Origin: Gemmatimonadales bacterium
Lineage (GTDB): Bacteria; Gemmatimonadota; Gemmatimonadetes; Gemmatimonadales; GWC2-71-9
DNA length: 64,000 bases
Direction of reading: 5' to 3'
Assembly (NCBI GenBank): GCA_038321865.1
Contig: JBBQFH010000001.1
Coordinates: 160,001-224,000, forward strand
Under the pieces are notes generated by a model. That model made no database searches, was not told the origin of the DNA, and worked only from the letters and a program-made list of their open reading frames with translations. Positions 1 to 10,874 of this stretch are shown in pieces. Position 1 is the stretch's first letter; the number at the start of each line of letters is the position of its first letter. The position numbers and the translations under genes were made by a program.

Positions 1-1
1 T

Positions 2-214
2 CATATGGTGCGGATGCTGGTCGGGACGATGGTGGAGGTCGGCCTCGGGCGGCGGCCGGTCGCGGATATGCGGCGGATCCTCGAGGCGAACGACAACGGC
101 GGCACCAGCGCGCCTGCCCCGCCCCAGGGCCTCTATTTCGTCGCCGCCGCCTATGCCCCGTCGGCCTTCGCGATTTCGACTCAGGACGGTCTCGATGCGC
201 CTCCGCCGAGCTGA
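2..214 (+). CDS. truA: tRNA pseudouridine(38-40) synthase, C-terminal part (5' end outside window)
   Basis: HMVRMLVGTMVEVGLGR...APPQGLYF is the TruA C-terminal signature. Confidence 0.9.
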   Translation, partial: HMVRMLVGTMVEVGLGRRPVADMRRILEANDNGGTSAPAPPQGLYFVAAAYAPSAFAISTQDGLDAPPPS

Positions 215-1622
215 CGCCCACGCCGCGATGTACGTGATCGCGTTCCTCCTGCTCTCGGCCTGCCGTGACCGGGCGGAGCCGGTACTGCGCACCTCATCGG
301 CGGGCGCGATGCAGCAGGCCGCTCCCGGCGGGCGGCCCGACCTGTCGGGCAGCCGCCGGACCGCGATCGTGGATGCGACGATGCGGGTCGCTCCCGCGGT
401 CGTCTCAATCAACGTGACCTCCCGCCAGCACATTGCCCCGAGAACCCCCTGGGACATGTTCTTCGTACCACAGGGTGCGGACCAGGTCGTGCAGGGCTTC
501 GGCACTGGATTCATCATCCGGCCCACCGGGGTGATCATCACCAACCAGCATGTCGTTGCGGGCGCCGAGCGGATTGGCGTGACGCTGTCGGACGGCCGCG
601 ATCTCGTCGCGCGGCTCGTCGGCGCGGACCCGGTCACCGACATCGCGGTGATCAAGGTCGAGGGAGCCGGCCTGCGCACCGCGTCGCTCGGCCGCAGCTC
701 CGATCTCATGACAGGTGAGTGGGTCGTGGCTCTGGGCAATCCCTATGCCTACATGCTGGGCAACGCGGAGCCGACCGTCACGGTGGGGGTCGTCAGCGCC
801 ACCGGCCGCAACATCCTGCCCTCGGGTGAGCAGGCCGGCATGTATCTCGACATGATCCAGACGGATGCGGCGATCAATCCCGGCAACTCGGGTGGCCCGC
901 TGACGAATGCCCTCGGCGAGGTGGTGGGGGTGAATTCATCCATCTTCTCGAGCAGCGGCGGATCCATCGGGCTGGGATTCGCGATTCCGATCGAGCGCGC
1001 GGTGCGCATTGCCGAGGAGATTCTTGCCAGGGGAGAGGTTCGCCGTGCCTGGGTGGGTCTCGATGTCGTCGGTGCGAGCGCCATGCGCGAATGGAAGAGC
1101 GAGGGCGGGGTCCGGATCGCCGGCGTGGCGCCGGATGGTCCGGCCGCCAAGGCCGGGCTCAAGGCAGGCGACGTGCTCACCGAAGCGAATGGCCGGCGGC
1201 TGCGGAACTACCTCGACTGGGAGGCGGTCAAGCTGGACCTGCATGTGGGTGACGCCGTCACCGTCGGGGTCAGGAGCGGACCCGCCGTCGCCCGGCGGCG
1301 AATCGTCACGGGAGATCTCCCGAGCGTGACTGCGCCGAAGGTCACCGTGCTCCGGGACCTGCAGCTCATCACCGTGACGCCGGCGATCCAGTCCGAGCGC
1401 GGGCTTCGCAGCACGGACGGCGCCCTGGTATTCCAGGTCACGGCCGAGGCGGCGCGGGCCACCGGGCTGCAGGCGGGGGACGTGATCGTCGGCGTCGACC
1501 GCGTGCGGGTGCATGATGCCGCGCAGCTGGCTTCGCTGCTCCAGGGCATGACGCAGCGCCAGCCCTTCCGCCTCGTCTTCGAGCGCGGCGGCGACTACAA
1601 CTTCACCGACCTGGCCTTCTGA
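195..1622 (+). CDS. HtrA/DegP-family serine protease with two PDZ domains, probable lipoprotein
   Basis: TNQHVV, TDIAVIK and IQTDAAINPGNSGGPL triad motifs; two PDZ-like segments; lipobox-like LLLSAC. Start at 195 or nearby is uncertain. Confidence 0.92.
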   Translation: MRLRRADAHAAMYVIAFLLLSACRDRAEPVLRTSSAGAMQQAAPGGRPDLSGSRRTAIVDATMRVAPAVVSINVTSRQHIAPRTPWDMFFVPQGADQVVQGFGTGFIIRPTGVIITNQHVVAGAERIGVTLSDGRDLVARLVGADPVTDIAVIKVEGAGLRTASLGRSSDLMTGEWVVALGNPYAYMLGNAEPTVTVGVVSATGRNILPSGEQAGMYLDMIQTDAAINPGNSGGPLTNALGEVVGVNSSIFSSSGGSIGLGFAIPIERAVRIAEEILARGEVRRAWVGLDVVGASAMREWKSEGGVRIAGVAPDGPAAKAGLKAGDVLTEANGRRLRNYLDWEAVKLDLHVGDAVTVGVRSGPAVARRRIVTGDLPSVTAPKVTVLRDLQLITVTPAIQSERGLRSTDGALVFQVTAEAARATGLQAGDVIVGVDRVRVHDAAQLASLLQGMTQRQPFRLVFERGGDYNFTDLAF

Positions 1623-3061
1623 TGACCGACGATCGCTACCGCTCCCCGCTCGGCACGCGATACGCCTCGGTGCCGATGCAGACGCTGTGGGGGGAAGCGC
1701 ATCGTATCGGCCTCTGGCGCCGGTTGTGGCTGGCGCTCGCCGAGTCGGAGCGGGAGCTCGGCCTCGACATCCCGGAGGCCGCGATCGCGGAGATGGGAGC
1801 CCATCTCGACGACGCCGATCTCCACGCCGCCGCCGGATATGAGCGCCGATTCCGCCACGACGTCATGGCGCACATCCACGCCTTCGGTGATCAGGCGCCG
1901 GCGGCGCGGCCCGTCCTGCACCTGGGCGCCACCAGCGCCTTCGTGACCGACAACGCCGACCTCGTCGTCATGCGTGAAGGCCTGCGCCTGCTGCTGGGCC
2001 GGCTCATCGCCGTGCTCGACGCCTTGGGGGTGTTTGCGCGGCGCCACTCCGCTCTCCCCTGCCTCGCCTACACGCATTTTCAGCCGGCCCAGCTGACCAC
2101 CGTGGGCAAGCGGGCGACGCTCTGGATGCTGGACTTCGCCCTGGACGTGGAAGAAGTCTGCCACCGGCTGGAGACATTGCGGTTCCGCGGCTGCAAGGGC
2201 ACCACGGGCACGCAGGCGTCATTCCTCGAGTTGTTCGGTGGCGATCACGACAAGGTGCGGGAACTCGACCGCCGCGTGTCGGCTCGCCTCGGGTTCGATG
2301 CGCCGTTTCCGGTGAGCGGCCAGACGTATACCCGTAAAGCGGACAGCATGATCGTGGACACGCTCAGCGGCGTGGCGCAATCGGCCGCAAAGCTCGCGGT
2401 GGACCTGCGGCTGCTGCAGCACGAGGGGGAGGTGCTCGAGCCGTTCGAGACCGAGCAGATCGGCTCGAGCGCCATGGCGTACAAGCGGAACCCCATGCGA
2501 TCGGAACGGATCGGCGCGCTCGCACGGTTCGTCATCTCCCTTCAGGCCAACACCGCTCATACGGCGGCCAGTCAGTGGCTCGAACGGACGCTCGACGACA
2601 GCGCCAACCGGCGGCTCACTCTGCCGGAGGCGTTCCTCGGGACCGACGCGATTCTGGTGCTCGCCACCAACCTCGCCGCCGGCCTTGAAGTCCGCCCGGC
2701 GGTGGTGGCGCGCCACGTGGCGCAGCAGATGCCGTTCATGGCGACGGAGCGGTGGCTGATGGTCGGCGTTCAGGCGGGTGGCGACCGTCAGGCGCTGCAC
2801 GAGGTGGTACGGCGCCACAGCCTTGCGGTCGCCGAGGCAGTCGCGGGCGGCGCGCCAAACGATCTGCTCGACCGGCTGTCCGATGATCCGGCATTTGCGG
2901 GTATCCCGGCGTCAGCACTCGCCGCCGAATTGAACCCGGCACGCTATACCGGCCGCGCGCCCGAGCAGGTCGGAGAATTTCTCGGCGCCTTTCTCGCCCC
3001 GATCCTGGAGCGGGCGCGACCACTCGCCACGGAGGCCGCGGCCGCCGAGGTGCGGGTGTGA
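1622..3061 (+). CDS. purB: adenylosuccinate lyase
   Basis: [32 protein letters not shown] signature; pur cluster context. Confidence 0.96.
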   Translation: MTDDRYRSPLGTRYASVPMQTLWGEAHRIGLWRRLWLALAESERELGLDIPEAAIAEMGAHLDDADLHAAAGYERRFRHDVMAHIHAFGDQAPAARPVLHLGATSAFVTDNADLVVMREGLRLLLGRLIAVLDALGVFARRHSALPCLAYTHFQPAQLTTVGKRATLWMLDFALDVEEVCHRLETLRFRGCKGTTGTQASFLELFGGDHDKVRELDRRVSARLGFDAPFPVSGQTYTRKADSMIVDTLSGVAQSAAKLAVDLRLLQHEGEVLEPFETEQIGSSAMAYKRNPMRSERIGALARFVISLQANTAHTAASQWLERTLDDSANRRLTLPEAFLGTDAILVLATNLAAGLEVRPAVVARHVAQQMPFMATERWLMVGVQAGGDRQALHEVVRRHSLAVAEAVAGGAPNDLLDRLSDDPAFAGIPASALAAELNPARYTGRAPEQVGEFLGAFLAPILERARPLATEAAAAEVRV

Positions 3062-3978
3062 CCACGCTCGCGATGAGCGCCCTGCCGCTGCCGCTCCTTC
3101 GCCGGGGAAAAGTGCGCGAGGTGTACGAGGTGGACGCCGAACGCCTGCTGCTGGTTGCCAGCGATCGGGTCAGTGCAGTCGATGTCGTCATGGCGGAAGG
3201 AATCCCGCGCAAGGGTGCGGTGCTGACCCAGCTCAGCGCGTTCTGGTTCGAGCGCCTGGCGGGAGTGCTGCCATCGCACTTTGTCACGGCGGCCACGCCA
3301 CGGATCCTCGACGAGGTGCCCGGGCTGTCGGGGCACGCCGAGCAGCTGGCCGGGCGAGCGATGCTGGTGCGCCGGACGTCGCCGGTGCCGTTCGAATGCG
3401 TCGTGCGAGGCTATCTCAGCGGCTCCGCATGGAAGGAATATTCGGCCGCGGGCACGCTCGCGGGGGAGCGGCTTCCCGCGGGGCTGGTGGAGAGCGCGCG
3501 CCTCGATCCTCCGCTCTTCTCTCCCGCCACGAAAGCGGAGTCGGGCCATGATGAGAACGTCAGGTTCGACGCGGTCGCCGGCGCGCTCGGGCAGGAGCTT
3601 GCCGCCGATCTCCGCCGGGCGAGTTTCGCCGTGTACGAGGCGGGCCGCGCGTATGCCGCCGGGCGGGGGATCATCATCGCGGACACCAAGTTCGAATTCG
3701 GCATCGATTCCGCCGGCACGCTGCGCCTGATCGACGAGGTGCTCACGCCCGACTCGTCGCGCTTCTGGCCGGCGGATACGTACCGCCAGGGCGGTCCGCA
3801 GCCCAGCTTCGACAAGCAGCCGCTGCGGGACTACCTTGCCGCCCTGCGCGGCCGGGGAGCGTGGAACGGGGATGCCCCGCCGCCACCGCTCCCGGCTGAC
3901 GTGGTGGATGCCACCAGCCGCCGCTACCTCGATGCATTCCGTCGCCTGACCGGCGCCGAGCTGAAGGAGGACGTGTGA
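3058..3978 (+). CDS. purC: SAICAR synthetase
   Basis: [41 protein letters not shown]. Confidence 0.97.
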   Translation: MTTLAMSALPLPLLRRGKVREVYEVDAERLLLVASDRVSAVDVVMAEGIPRKGAVLTQLSAFWFERLAGVLPSHFVTAATPRILDEVPGLSGHAEQLAGRAMLVRRTSPVPFECVVRGYLSGSAWKEYSAAGTLAGERLPAGLVESARLDPPLFSPATKAESGHDENVRFDAVAGALGQELAADLRRASFAVYEAGRAYAAGRGIIIADTKFEFGIDSAGTLRLIDEVLTPDSSRFWPADTYRQGGPQPSFDKQPLRDYLAALRGRGAWNGDAPPPPLPADVVDATSRRYLDAFRRLTGAELKEDV

Positions 3979-4607
3979 TTCGAACCGCTCCAGAAGGCCG
4001 CTGGTTCATCGTCGGCGCGTTCGCCATTGCGATCGGCTTTGCACTGGCGGGCTGGTGGATCCCCCTGCTGGTCTGGCTCCCCGTCACCCTCTGGGTCGTG
4101 GCGTTCTTTCGTGATCCCGAGCGCATGGGCGAGCGGGGCGAGCAGCTCATCATCGCGCCCGCCGACGGCAAGGTCGTCAGCGTGATCGAGACCGACGAGC
4201 CCGCCTTCTTTGGCGACCGCACCATCCGCGTGTCCATTTTCATGAACGTCTTCGACTGCCACGTCAACCGGTACCCCGCCGACGGGGCGATCGCCTACCG
4301 GAACTACAACGCCGGGCAGTTCGGCCACGCCGGCACCGACAAGGCGAGTCTGGTCAACGAGCAGTCGTCGGTCGGCCTCGAGACCCGGCACGGGAAACTC
4401 CTCGTGCGGCAGATCGCGGGCCTGGTGGCCCGTCGCATCGTGACCGATCACAGCGTCGGCACGGCGGTCCGGCAGGGCCAGCGGCTGGGCATGATCCGCT
4501 TCGGCTCGCGCGTGGATGTGTTCATGCCGCCGGGAACCTCCATCAAGGTGCGCGTCGGCGATCGCACCCGCGTCGGAGAGACGATCATCGCGGAATGGGC
4601 CGCATGA
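3975..4607 (+). CDS. psd: phosphatidylserine decarboxylase proenzyme
   Basis: [37 protein letters not shown] self-cleavage motif; adjacent to pssA. Confidence 0.93.
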   Translation: MIRTAPEGRWFIVGAFAIAIGFALAGWWIPLLVWLPVTLWVVAFFRDPERMGERGEQLIIAPADGKVVSVIETDEPAFFGDRTIRVSIFMNVFDCHVNRYPADGAIAYRNYNAGQFGHAGTDKASLVNEQSSVGLETRHGKLLVRQIAGLVARRIVTDHSVGTAVRQGQRLGMIRFGSRVDVFMPPGTSIKVRVGDRTRVGETIIAEWAA

Positions 4608-5470
4608 GCGCGCCGCGCGGAGATGGCGGCCGCCGCGGTGTCCGCCGGGTCGTCGTGGTCATGCCCAGCGCCTTTACGCTCGGCAACCTGTTCTTCGGAT
4701 TCTGGTCCATCGTCTACGCCTTCAACGGACAGTTCACCTGGGCCGGGTGGTTCATCATCTTCGCGGGCGTGCTCGACTTGCTCGACGGGCGCGTCGCCCG
4801 GCTGTCGAACACCGGCACCAAGTTCGGCGCCGAGCTCGATTCGCTGGTGGACGTGATCTCGTTCGGAGTGGCACCGGCCCTGCTGCTCTACTTTCTGGAA
4901 TTTTCCCAGGCCGGGCGCTTCTCGTGGATTCTGTGCTACATCTATGTCGTCGCGGTCGCCCTCCGCCTGGCACGCTACAACGTGACGTCGGCCACGAAGC
5001 CGCACAGCAACTGGTTCTCCGGCATGCCCTCGCCGTCGGCGGGCATGACGATCGCGGCGTATTACCCATTCAGCCAGACGCAGTGGTACCAGCGGTCGCT
5101 CGCGTATCTCGACCTGCAGCACCAGGGCCTGGTGGTGCTGTTGCTGCTGCTCGCCGTGCTGCTGGTGAGCAACGTGAAATATCCGCGCTTCCCCGCCATC
5201 GGCGTCCGGTCCGCGAGGGGGATCTTCGGCCTGCTCGTGCACGTCGGCATCCTCGCCGGCGCGGTGCTCGCCCCGGCGTCGTTTCTATTCCCGCTGGGTA
5301 TCGCCTATATCGCATTCGGGCTGCTCCGGACCGCCGTCCTTGGGCTGATGCAGCCCGGTGAGGCGGAGCTGGTCGCCGATGAGCGGCTCGCGGATGCCAC
5401 CGAGTCCCGCGTGTCGCGTCTGCCGTTCTCGCGCGAGCGGCGCCCTCCCCGCAATCGTCCCGAGGAATAG
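4604..5470 (+). CDS. pssA: CDP-diacylglycerol--serine O-phosphatidyltransferase
   Basis: [10 protein letters not shown]...[21 protein letters not shown]-alcohol transferase motif; ATGA overlap with psd. Confidence 0.93.
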   Translation: MSAPRGDGGRRGVRRVVVVMPSAFTLGNLFFGFWSIVYAFNGQFTWAGWFIIFAGVLDLLDGRVARLSNTGTKFGAELDSLVDVISFGVAPALLLYFLEFSQAGRFSWILCYIYVVAVALRLARYNVTSATKPHSNWFSGMPSPSAGMTIAAYYPFSQTQWYQRSLAYLDLQHQGLVVLLLLLAVLLVSNVKYPRFPAIGVRSARGIFGLLVHVGILAGAVLAPASFLFPLGIAYIAFGLLRTAVLGLMQPGEAELVADERLADATESRVSRLPFSRERRPPRNRPEE

Positions 5471-5473
5471 CCG

Positions 5474-5725
5474 ATGAGCTTTCGCGTTCACGTCCGCGTC
5501 ATGCCGCGCGCCGGCCTGCTCGATCCGCAGGGCCAGGCCGTCGAGCATGCCCTTGCCTCACTCGGCTTCGATGGAGCAGGCGCCGTCCGGATCGGCCGGG
5601 CGATCGAGCTCGACGTCGCCGCCGGCTCCCGTGACGCTGCCCTGGCGCAGGCGCGCGCGATGTGCGACCGGTTGCTGGCCAACCCGGTTACAGAGGACTA
5701 CGAGCTTGAGGTGGAGACCCGCTGA
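5474..5725 (+). CDS. purS: FGAM synthase subunit PurS
   Basis: LLDPQGQAV, LLANPVTEDY; 83 aa. Confidence 0.96.
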   Translation: MSFRVHVRVMPRAGLLDPQGQAVEHALASLGFDGAGAVRIGRAIELDVAAGSRDAALAQARAMCDRLLANPVTEDYELEVETR

Positions 5726-6423
5726 TGCGCCGAGTGGCGGTGGTGCGGTTTCCCGGCAGCAACTGTGACATGGACGCACTGCGGGCGGCGCAGGCGGTCG
5801 GCGCGGATGCATTCCTGGTCTGGCATCGCGACACGTCGCTCGATGGCGCCGACGTCGTGATCCTCCCGGGCGGCTTCAGCTATGGGGATTATCTCCGCTC
5901 GGGAGCCATCGCGCGCTTCAGCCCGATCATGGCGGCGGTCCAGCGGCATGCGGCCGATGGCGGCGCGGTGCTCGGCATCTGTAACGGGTTTCAGATTCTC
6001 TGCGAAGCACACCTGCTGCCCGGCGCGCTGATGCGAAACGCGGGCCTCACGTTCGTCTCCAAGCCGGTGCCCGTGATCGTCGAGCGCACTGATACGGCGT
6101 TCACTTCGTCCTACGCGGAAGGCACCCTGCTGCACCTTCCCGTGGCCCATGGCGAAGGGCGCTTCGTTGCCGCGGCAGACGTCACGCGCATGCTGGAGGA
6201 CGAGTGCCGAATCGTGCTGCGCTACCAGGCCGGGGACCGCGGCGCCGGACCAGGCAATCCCAACGGATCGACCCATGACATCGCCGGCATCTGCAACGCC
6301 GACGGCAATGTGGTCGGCATCATGCCGCACCCGGAGCGCGTGGCCGACGCAGTGCTCGGCAGCGACGAGGGAATCGGTTTTTTCCAGTCGTTCATGTCCG
6401 CCGCCGCTGGAGCCCACCCATGA
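5725..6423 (+). CDS. purQ: FGAM synthase glutaminase subunit
   Basis: FPGSNCD, PGGFSYGDYLR, GICNGFQIL, MPHPER. Confidence 0.97.
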   Translation: MRRVAVVRFPGSNCDMDALRAAQAVGADAFLVWHRDTSLDGADVVILPGGFSYGDYLRSGAIARFSPIMAAVQRHAADGGAVLGICNGFQILCEAHLLPGALMRNAGLTFVSKPVPVIVERTDTAFTSSYAEGTLLHLPVAHGEGRFVAAADVTRMLEDECRIVLRYQAGDRGAGPGNPNGSTHDIAGICNADGNVVGIMPHPERVADAVLGSDEGIGFFQSFMSAAAGAHP

Positions 6424-6806
6424 GATTGTTGATGCTTGCGCTGCTGATCGTGGGGGGCCCCCTCGCGGCTCAGACGCGGGACGCGGCCCCGAGACCTCCG
6501 GCCCCCGTCGACAGCATGCTGGTCCGACCCGGAATGGTCCAGGCGGCGGTCGTCGCGGCCTGGGGCCGGCCCTCGGGAACCCGGACCCGGGGAGACTACA
6601 CCTACCTGTTCTACGCCAATGACTGCAAGCCGTCCTGCGGCATGCAGGATGTGGTGATTCTCGAGCGTGGCCAGGTCGTGGACGCGATCGCGCGCGCCCC
6701 CCGGCACCGCTACGACGGCATTTCATCCTCACCGGCGGGCCGCACGCCGGGTTACACCCCTGCGCCGCCGGCCCGATCCACTCCGACGCCGAGCCCTCCA
6801 CGATGA
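6420..6806 (+). CDS. exported hypothetical protein, SmpA/BamE-like motif
   Basis: Signal peptide (MRLLMLALLIVGGPLAA); VRPGMVQAAVVAAWGRP motif; ATGA overlaps at both ends. Confidence 0.65.
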   Translation: MRLLMLALLIVGGPLAAQTRDAAPRPPAPVDSMLVRPGMVQAAVVAAWGRPSGTRTRGDYTYLFYANDCKPSCGMQDVVILERGQVVDAIARAPRHRYDGISSSPAGRTPGYTPAPPARSTPTPSPPR

Positions 6807-7162
6807 CCGAGAAGCCGAGCCGCGACGAAGACGAATATTTCGTCCGTCAGGACGCCGAAATACTCAAGGAGAACCGGGCCGCGCTCACCCAGCAGCAGCT
6901 GGACGCCGAACGCCGCGCGCACTACATGAAGTGCCCCAAGGATGGGTACGACCTGGAGACCCGCCAGTCCCACGGAGTCGCGGTCGAGACGTGCGCGCAT
7001 TGCGGCGGCATGTGGCTCGACGCCGGCGAGCTCGACGCGATCTCGCGGCACGAGGATCATCCCGGGCTGCTCGGGCGGGTGTTCAGCGACCTGATGGGCA
7101 CGCTCAAGCCGCATCACCGTGGAGAGCAGCCGCCTCGCGCGTCGGGAGAGACAGTTGGCTGA
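6803..7162 (+). CDS. zf-TFIIB-type zinc-ribbon protein
   Basis: [10 protein letters not shown]...[16 protein letters not shown]. Confidence 0.85.
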   Translation: MTEKPSRDEDEYFVRQDAEILKENRAALTQQQLDAERRAHYMKCPKDGYDLETRQSHGVAVETCAHCGGMWLDAGELDAISRHEDHPGLLGRVFSDLMGTLKPHHRGEQPPRASGETVG

Positions 7163-7169
7163 AGCCACG

Positions 7170-9464
7170 ATGGGCGCGGCGCCGGTCGCCGAGAGCCTGA
7201 CCGGTGAACGCGCGGTCACGCCCGAGGTGGTCCGGGAGCACAACCTGACGCCGTCGGAGTACGAGCGGATCCTCGCCATGCTCGGCCGCCCGCCGACGCT
7301 GACGGAGCTCGGCGTATTCTCGGCGCTCTGGTCGGAGCACTGCTCCTACAAGCATTCGCGCCCCGTCCTCAGGATGTTCCCGACCGCCGGTGCGCAGGTC
7401 GTGCAGGGTCCCGGCGAGAATGCCGGAGTCCTCCGTCTGCCCGACGGATGGGCCGTGGCCTTCAAGGTCGAGTCACACAACCACCCCTCGGCGGTGGAGC
7501 CGTACCAGGGCGCAGCCACGGGCGTTGGCGGGATCCTTCGCGACGTCTTCACCATGGGTGCGCGTCCGGTGGCGATGCTCAACAGCCTCCGCTTTGGCCC
7601 GCTGGACGTGCCGCGCAACCGCTACCTCTTCGCGGGCGTCGTCCGGGGCGTGGGGGACTACGGCAATTGCGTCGGCATCCCGACGTTAGGCGGTGAAGTG
7701 GCCTTCGCACCGGGTTACACCGGCAACCCGCTGGTCAACGCGATGTGCGTCGGCCTGCTGCGGGAAACCGACCTGATCCGGGCGAAGGCGGAAGGCGTCG
7801 GCAACGTACTCCTGTGCGTGGGGGCGCGTACCGGGCGTGACGGCATCCACGGCGCCAGCTTCGCATCCGAGGAGCTGTCGGAAAAGAGCGAGGCGCGCCG
7901 GCCGCAGGTGCAGGTCGGTGACCCGTTCACCGAGAAGCTTCTGCTGGAAGCCAGCCTCGAGCTGATCACGTCCGGAATGATCGTCGCGATTCAGGACATG
8001 GGGGCTGCCGGCCTCACCAGCTCCTCCGCCGAGATGGCGGCGCGGGGCGGCGTGGGCGTCGAGATCGACACCGGGCTGGTGCCGACCCGCGAGCCGGGGA
8101 TGACGCCCTACGAGATCCTCCTGTCCGAATCTCAGGAGCGGATGCTCGTCGTCGCCGAGCCGGGTCGAGTGACGGAAATCCAGGCGGCCTGCCAGCGGTG
8201 GGAGCTGACCGCCACACCGATCGGCTTCGTCACCGATGACGGCATCTTTCGCGTGCGGCACCACGGAACCACCGTCGTCGCGATTCCGGGGCAGCCGCTC
8301 GTGGACGAGTGCCCGGTGTACTACCCAGAGGCCCGGGAAAGCGACGAGGTACGCGTCCGCCGTGAGCGGCCGGCGCCAGTGATGAACATCGGGCCCGCCG
8401 CAGCGCTGGAAGCCCTCCTCGATGCACCGAACATCGCGAGCAAGCGCTGGGTCTACGAGCAGTACGATTCGACGGTGCAGGCGTCAACGGTCGTCGCGCC
8501 CGGCGGGGATGCGGGCGTCATCCGGGTGCCCGGCACCGATTTCGGCCTGGCGGTCACGCTCGACTGCAACTCCCGCCTGTTGGCACTCGAGCCCTACGAA
8601 GGCGGCAAGGCGGCGGTGGCCGAAGCGGCACGGAACATCGCCTGCACCGGCGCGCGCCCGCTCGGAATCACCGATTGCCTCAATTTCGGGAACCCGGAGA
8701 AGCCGGAAGTGTTCTTCCAATTCCGCGAGGCATGCCGGGGCATCAGTGATGCCTGCCGCGCCTTCGACACGCCGGTCACCGGCGGCAACGTCTCGTTCTA
8801 CAACGAGAGCCCGAGCGGCGCGATCGATCCAACCCCGACGATCGGCATGGTCGGCGTCATCGACAAGGTCACCAACCGAGTCCCCAGCCACTTCAGCGAA
8901 CCCGGCGATCAGATCATCGTGCTTGGCCGCACGACCGGCGCGCTGGGTGGATCCGCCTACTGGGCCGAGCTCGGCGACTTCGTCGGCGGACGTCCCGCGC
9001 CAGTCGATCTCGACGCCGAAGTCCGGCTCCAGCGGCTCCTCGCTGCCGCCGCCGCCGAGCAACTCATCCGCTCGGCACACGATTGCTCCGAGGGCGGGCT
9101 GGCCGTCGCAGTCGCGGAGGCCGCCATCGGCGGCCCCTACGCGCCGCACGCCCACGGCGCGGTGCTCGAGCTTTCGGGCTACGCGGATGATGTCGCGCTC
9201 GACGCCCTCCTCTTCGGTGAGGACGGTGCGCGCGTCGTGATCTCGGTCGCCGACGCGGCGGCACCTGCTCTTCTGACGCTGTGCCAACTGCACGGCGTTC
9301 CCGCCTTCGTCGCCGGGCGGGTGCAGAGCGCGGATGGGACACTCGAGCTGAAGCAGGGCGCGGAGCGGCTGCAGTGGAACACCAAGCATCTCCGGCGAAC
9401 GTATTTCGACGCGATTCCGCGCCGGATGCGGCATGCCGGCCTGGATCGGACGACGGGAGCGTAG
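7170..9464 (+). CDS. purL: FGAM synthase subunit PurL
   Basis: [41 protein letters not shown]; alternative start TTG at 7155. Confidence 0.97.
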   Translation: MGAAPVAESLTGERAVTPEVVREHNLTPSEYERILAMLGRPPTLTELGVFSALWSEHCSYKHSRPVLRMFPTAGAQVVQGPGENAGVLRLPDGWAVAFKVESHNHPSAVEPYQGAATGVGGILRDVFTMGARPVAMLNSLRFGPLDVPRNRYLFAGVVRGVGDYGNCVGIPTLGGEVAFAPGYTGNPLVNAMCVGLLRETDLIRAKAEGVGNVLLCVGARTGRDGIHGASFASEELSEKSEARRPQVQVGDPFTEKLLLEASLELITSGMIVAIQDMGAAGLTSSSAEMAARGGVGVEIDTGLVPTREPGMTPYEILLSESQERMLVVAEPGRVTEIQAACQRWELTATPIGFVTDDGIFRVRHHGTTVVAIPGQPLVDECPVYYPEARESDEVRVRRERPAPVMNIGPAAALEALLDAPNIASKRWVYEQYDSTVQASTVVAPGGDAGVIRVPGTDFGLAVTLDCNSRLLALEPYEGGKAAVAEAARNIACTGARPLGITDCLNFGNPEKPEVFFQFREACRGISDACRAFDTPVTGGNVSFYNESPSGAIDPTPTIGMVGVIDKVTNRVPSHFSEPGDQIIVLGRTTGALGGSAYWAELGDFVGGRPAPVDLDAEVRLQRLLAAAAAEQLIRSAHDCSEGGLAVAVAEAAIGGPYAPHAHGAVLELSGYADDVALDALLFGEDGARVVISVADAAAPALLTLCQLHGVPAFVAGRVQSADGTLELKQGAERLQWNTKHLRRTYFDAIPRRMRHAGLDRTTGA

Positions 9465-9467
9465 CGT

Positions 9468-10874
9468 ATGTGCGGGATCTTCGGCGTATCGGCGGTACCG
9501 GACGCGGCGCGGCTTACGTACCTCGGCATCTACGCCCTGCAGCATCGGGGGCAGGAGAGCGCGGGGATCGTCGCGATTGACGCGGCGGGTACCGCGCGCT
9601 CCCACCGGGGCATGGGCCTGGTCTCCGAGACGTTCAGTGAAGCGACGCTGGCTGCGCTCCCGGGTGACGTGGCAGTGGGCCACACGCGCTATTCGACTAC
9701 AGGCAGCACCGTGCTCGCGAACGCGCAGCCGTGCTATGCGAATACCCGGTGCGGCCCACTCGCGCTCGCGCACAACGGCAACCTGACCAACGCGGATGAC
9801 ATCAAACGCCAGCTGGTGAGCCAGGGCGCGATCTTCTCGTCCTCCAGCGACTCCGAAGTCATCGTGCACCTGATCGCCCGCTCCGACGCCGTCACGCCGG
9901 AGGGACAGATCCGCGAGGCGCTGGAGCAGGTGGACGGCGCGTACAGCGTCGTCATCGCCCTCGGTCGCACCATCTATGCGGTGGTGGATGCCCGCGGGTT
10001 CCGCCCGCTCGTCGTTGGCCGGCTCGGCACGGGCGCGGTCGTGGCGTCCGAGACCTGCGCGCTCGATCTTGTCGGCGCGTCAGTCACCTGCGAGCTGCAG
10101 CCGGGAGAGTTCGTCCGGATCGAAGAGGGCGTCATCACGCAGCTGGAGCCGCTCCAGCCGAGACCGGTGACCCGATGCGTGTTCGAGCTGGTCTACTTCG
10201 CCCGCCCCGACAGCCAGGTCTTCGGCGAATCGGTCGACCGCGCGCGCCGGCAGCTCGGCCGGGCGCTGGCCCGCGAACACCCCGCACCCGGCGCCGACGT
10301 CGTGTTCAGCGTGCCCGACAGCGCCAACGCCATGGCCCTCGGCTTTGCCGAAGAGGCGGGCATCAAGCTCGAGTACGGTCTCATCCGCAATCACTACGTC
10401 GGCCGCACCTTCATCAACCCGACGCAGGCGCTCCGGGTCGCCAAGGTCAAGATCAAGTTCAATCCGGTGCGCGAGGTGATCGAAGGCAAGTCGGTCGTGG
10501 TCGTGGATGACAGCCTGGTGCGCGGCACCACCAGCAAGGGGCTGGTGCAGATGATCCGTGCCGCCGGGGCGCGCGAGGTGCATTTCCGGCTGTGCTCCCC
10601 CCCGATCACGGGTCCGTGCCACTACGGGATCGATACGCCGACCCGCGAGGAGCTCATCGGCGCGACGCATTCGACCGAAGAGATCCGCGAATATCTCGGT
10701 GTCGATTCGCTCGGCTACCTGTCGCTCGAGGGGATGCTGCGCGCAGCAGGCCAGGCCCCGGGCGACCCGCCGCATTTCTGCCACGCCTGCTTCTCCGGAG
10801 AATACCCCACCCCGGTCCACGAGGATTTCGTGCAGCTTCGTCGCATGCCCCGGCTCGCGGCGGCCACCGCGTGA
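9468..10874 (+). CDS. purF: amidophosphoribosyltransferase
   Basis: N-terminal MCGIFG, QHRGQESAG, GHTRYSTTG, VDDSLVRGTT, FCHACFSGEYP. Confidence 0.97.
   Translation: MCGIFGVSAVPDAARLTYLGIYALQHRGQESAGIVAIDAAGTARSHRGMGLVSETFSEATLAALPGDVAVGHTRYSTTGSTVLANAQPCYANTRCGPLALAHNGNLTNADDIKRQLVSQGAIFSSSSDSEVIVHLIARSDAVTPEGQIREALEQVDGAYSVVIALGRTIYAVVDARGFRPLVVGRLGTGAVVASETCALDLVGASVTCELQPGEFVRIEEGVITQLEPLQPRPVTRCVFELVYFARPDSQVFGESVDRARRQLGRALAREHPAPGADVVFSVPDSANAMALGFAEEAGIKLEYGLIRNHYVGRTFINPTQALRVAKVKIKFNPVREVIEGKSVVVVDDSLVRGTTSKGLVQMIRAAGAREVHFRLCSPPITGPCHYGIDTPTREELIGATHSTEEIREYLGVDSLGYLSLEGMLRAAGQAPGDPPHFCHACFSGEYPTPVHEDFVQLRRMPRLAAATA

Noticed and set aside
10592..10870. Long N-terminal extension of PpdK, and similar extensions on folC, dxr, cdsA, proS, rplM, the biotin carboxylase and the pilin
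   Set aside because: Artefacts of taking the first start codon; homology begins at downstream starts, many coupled to the upstream stop
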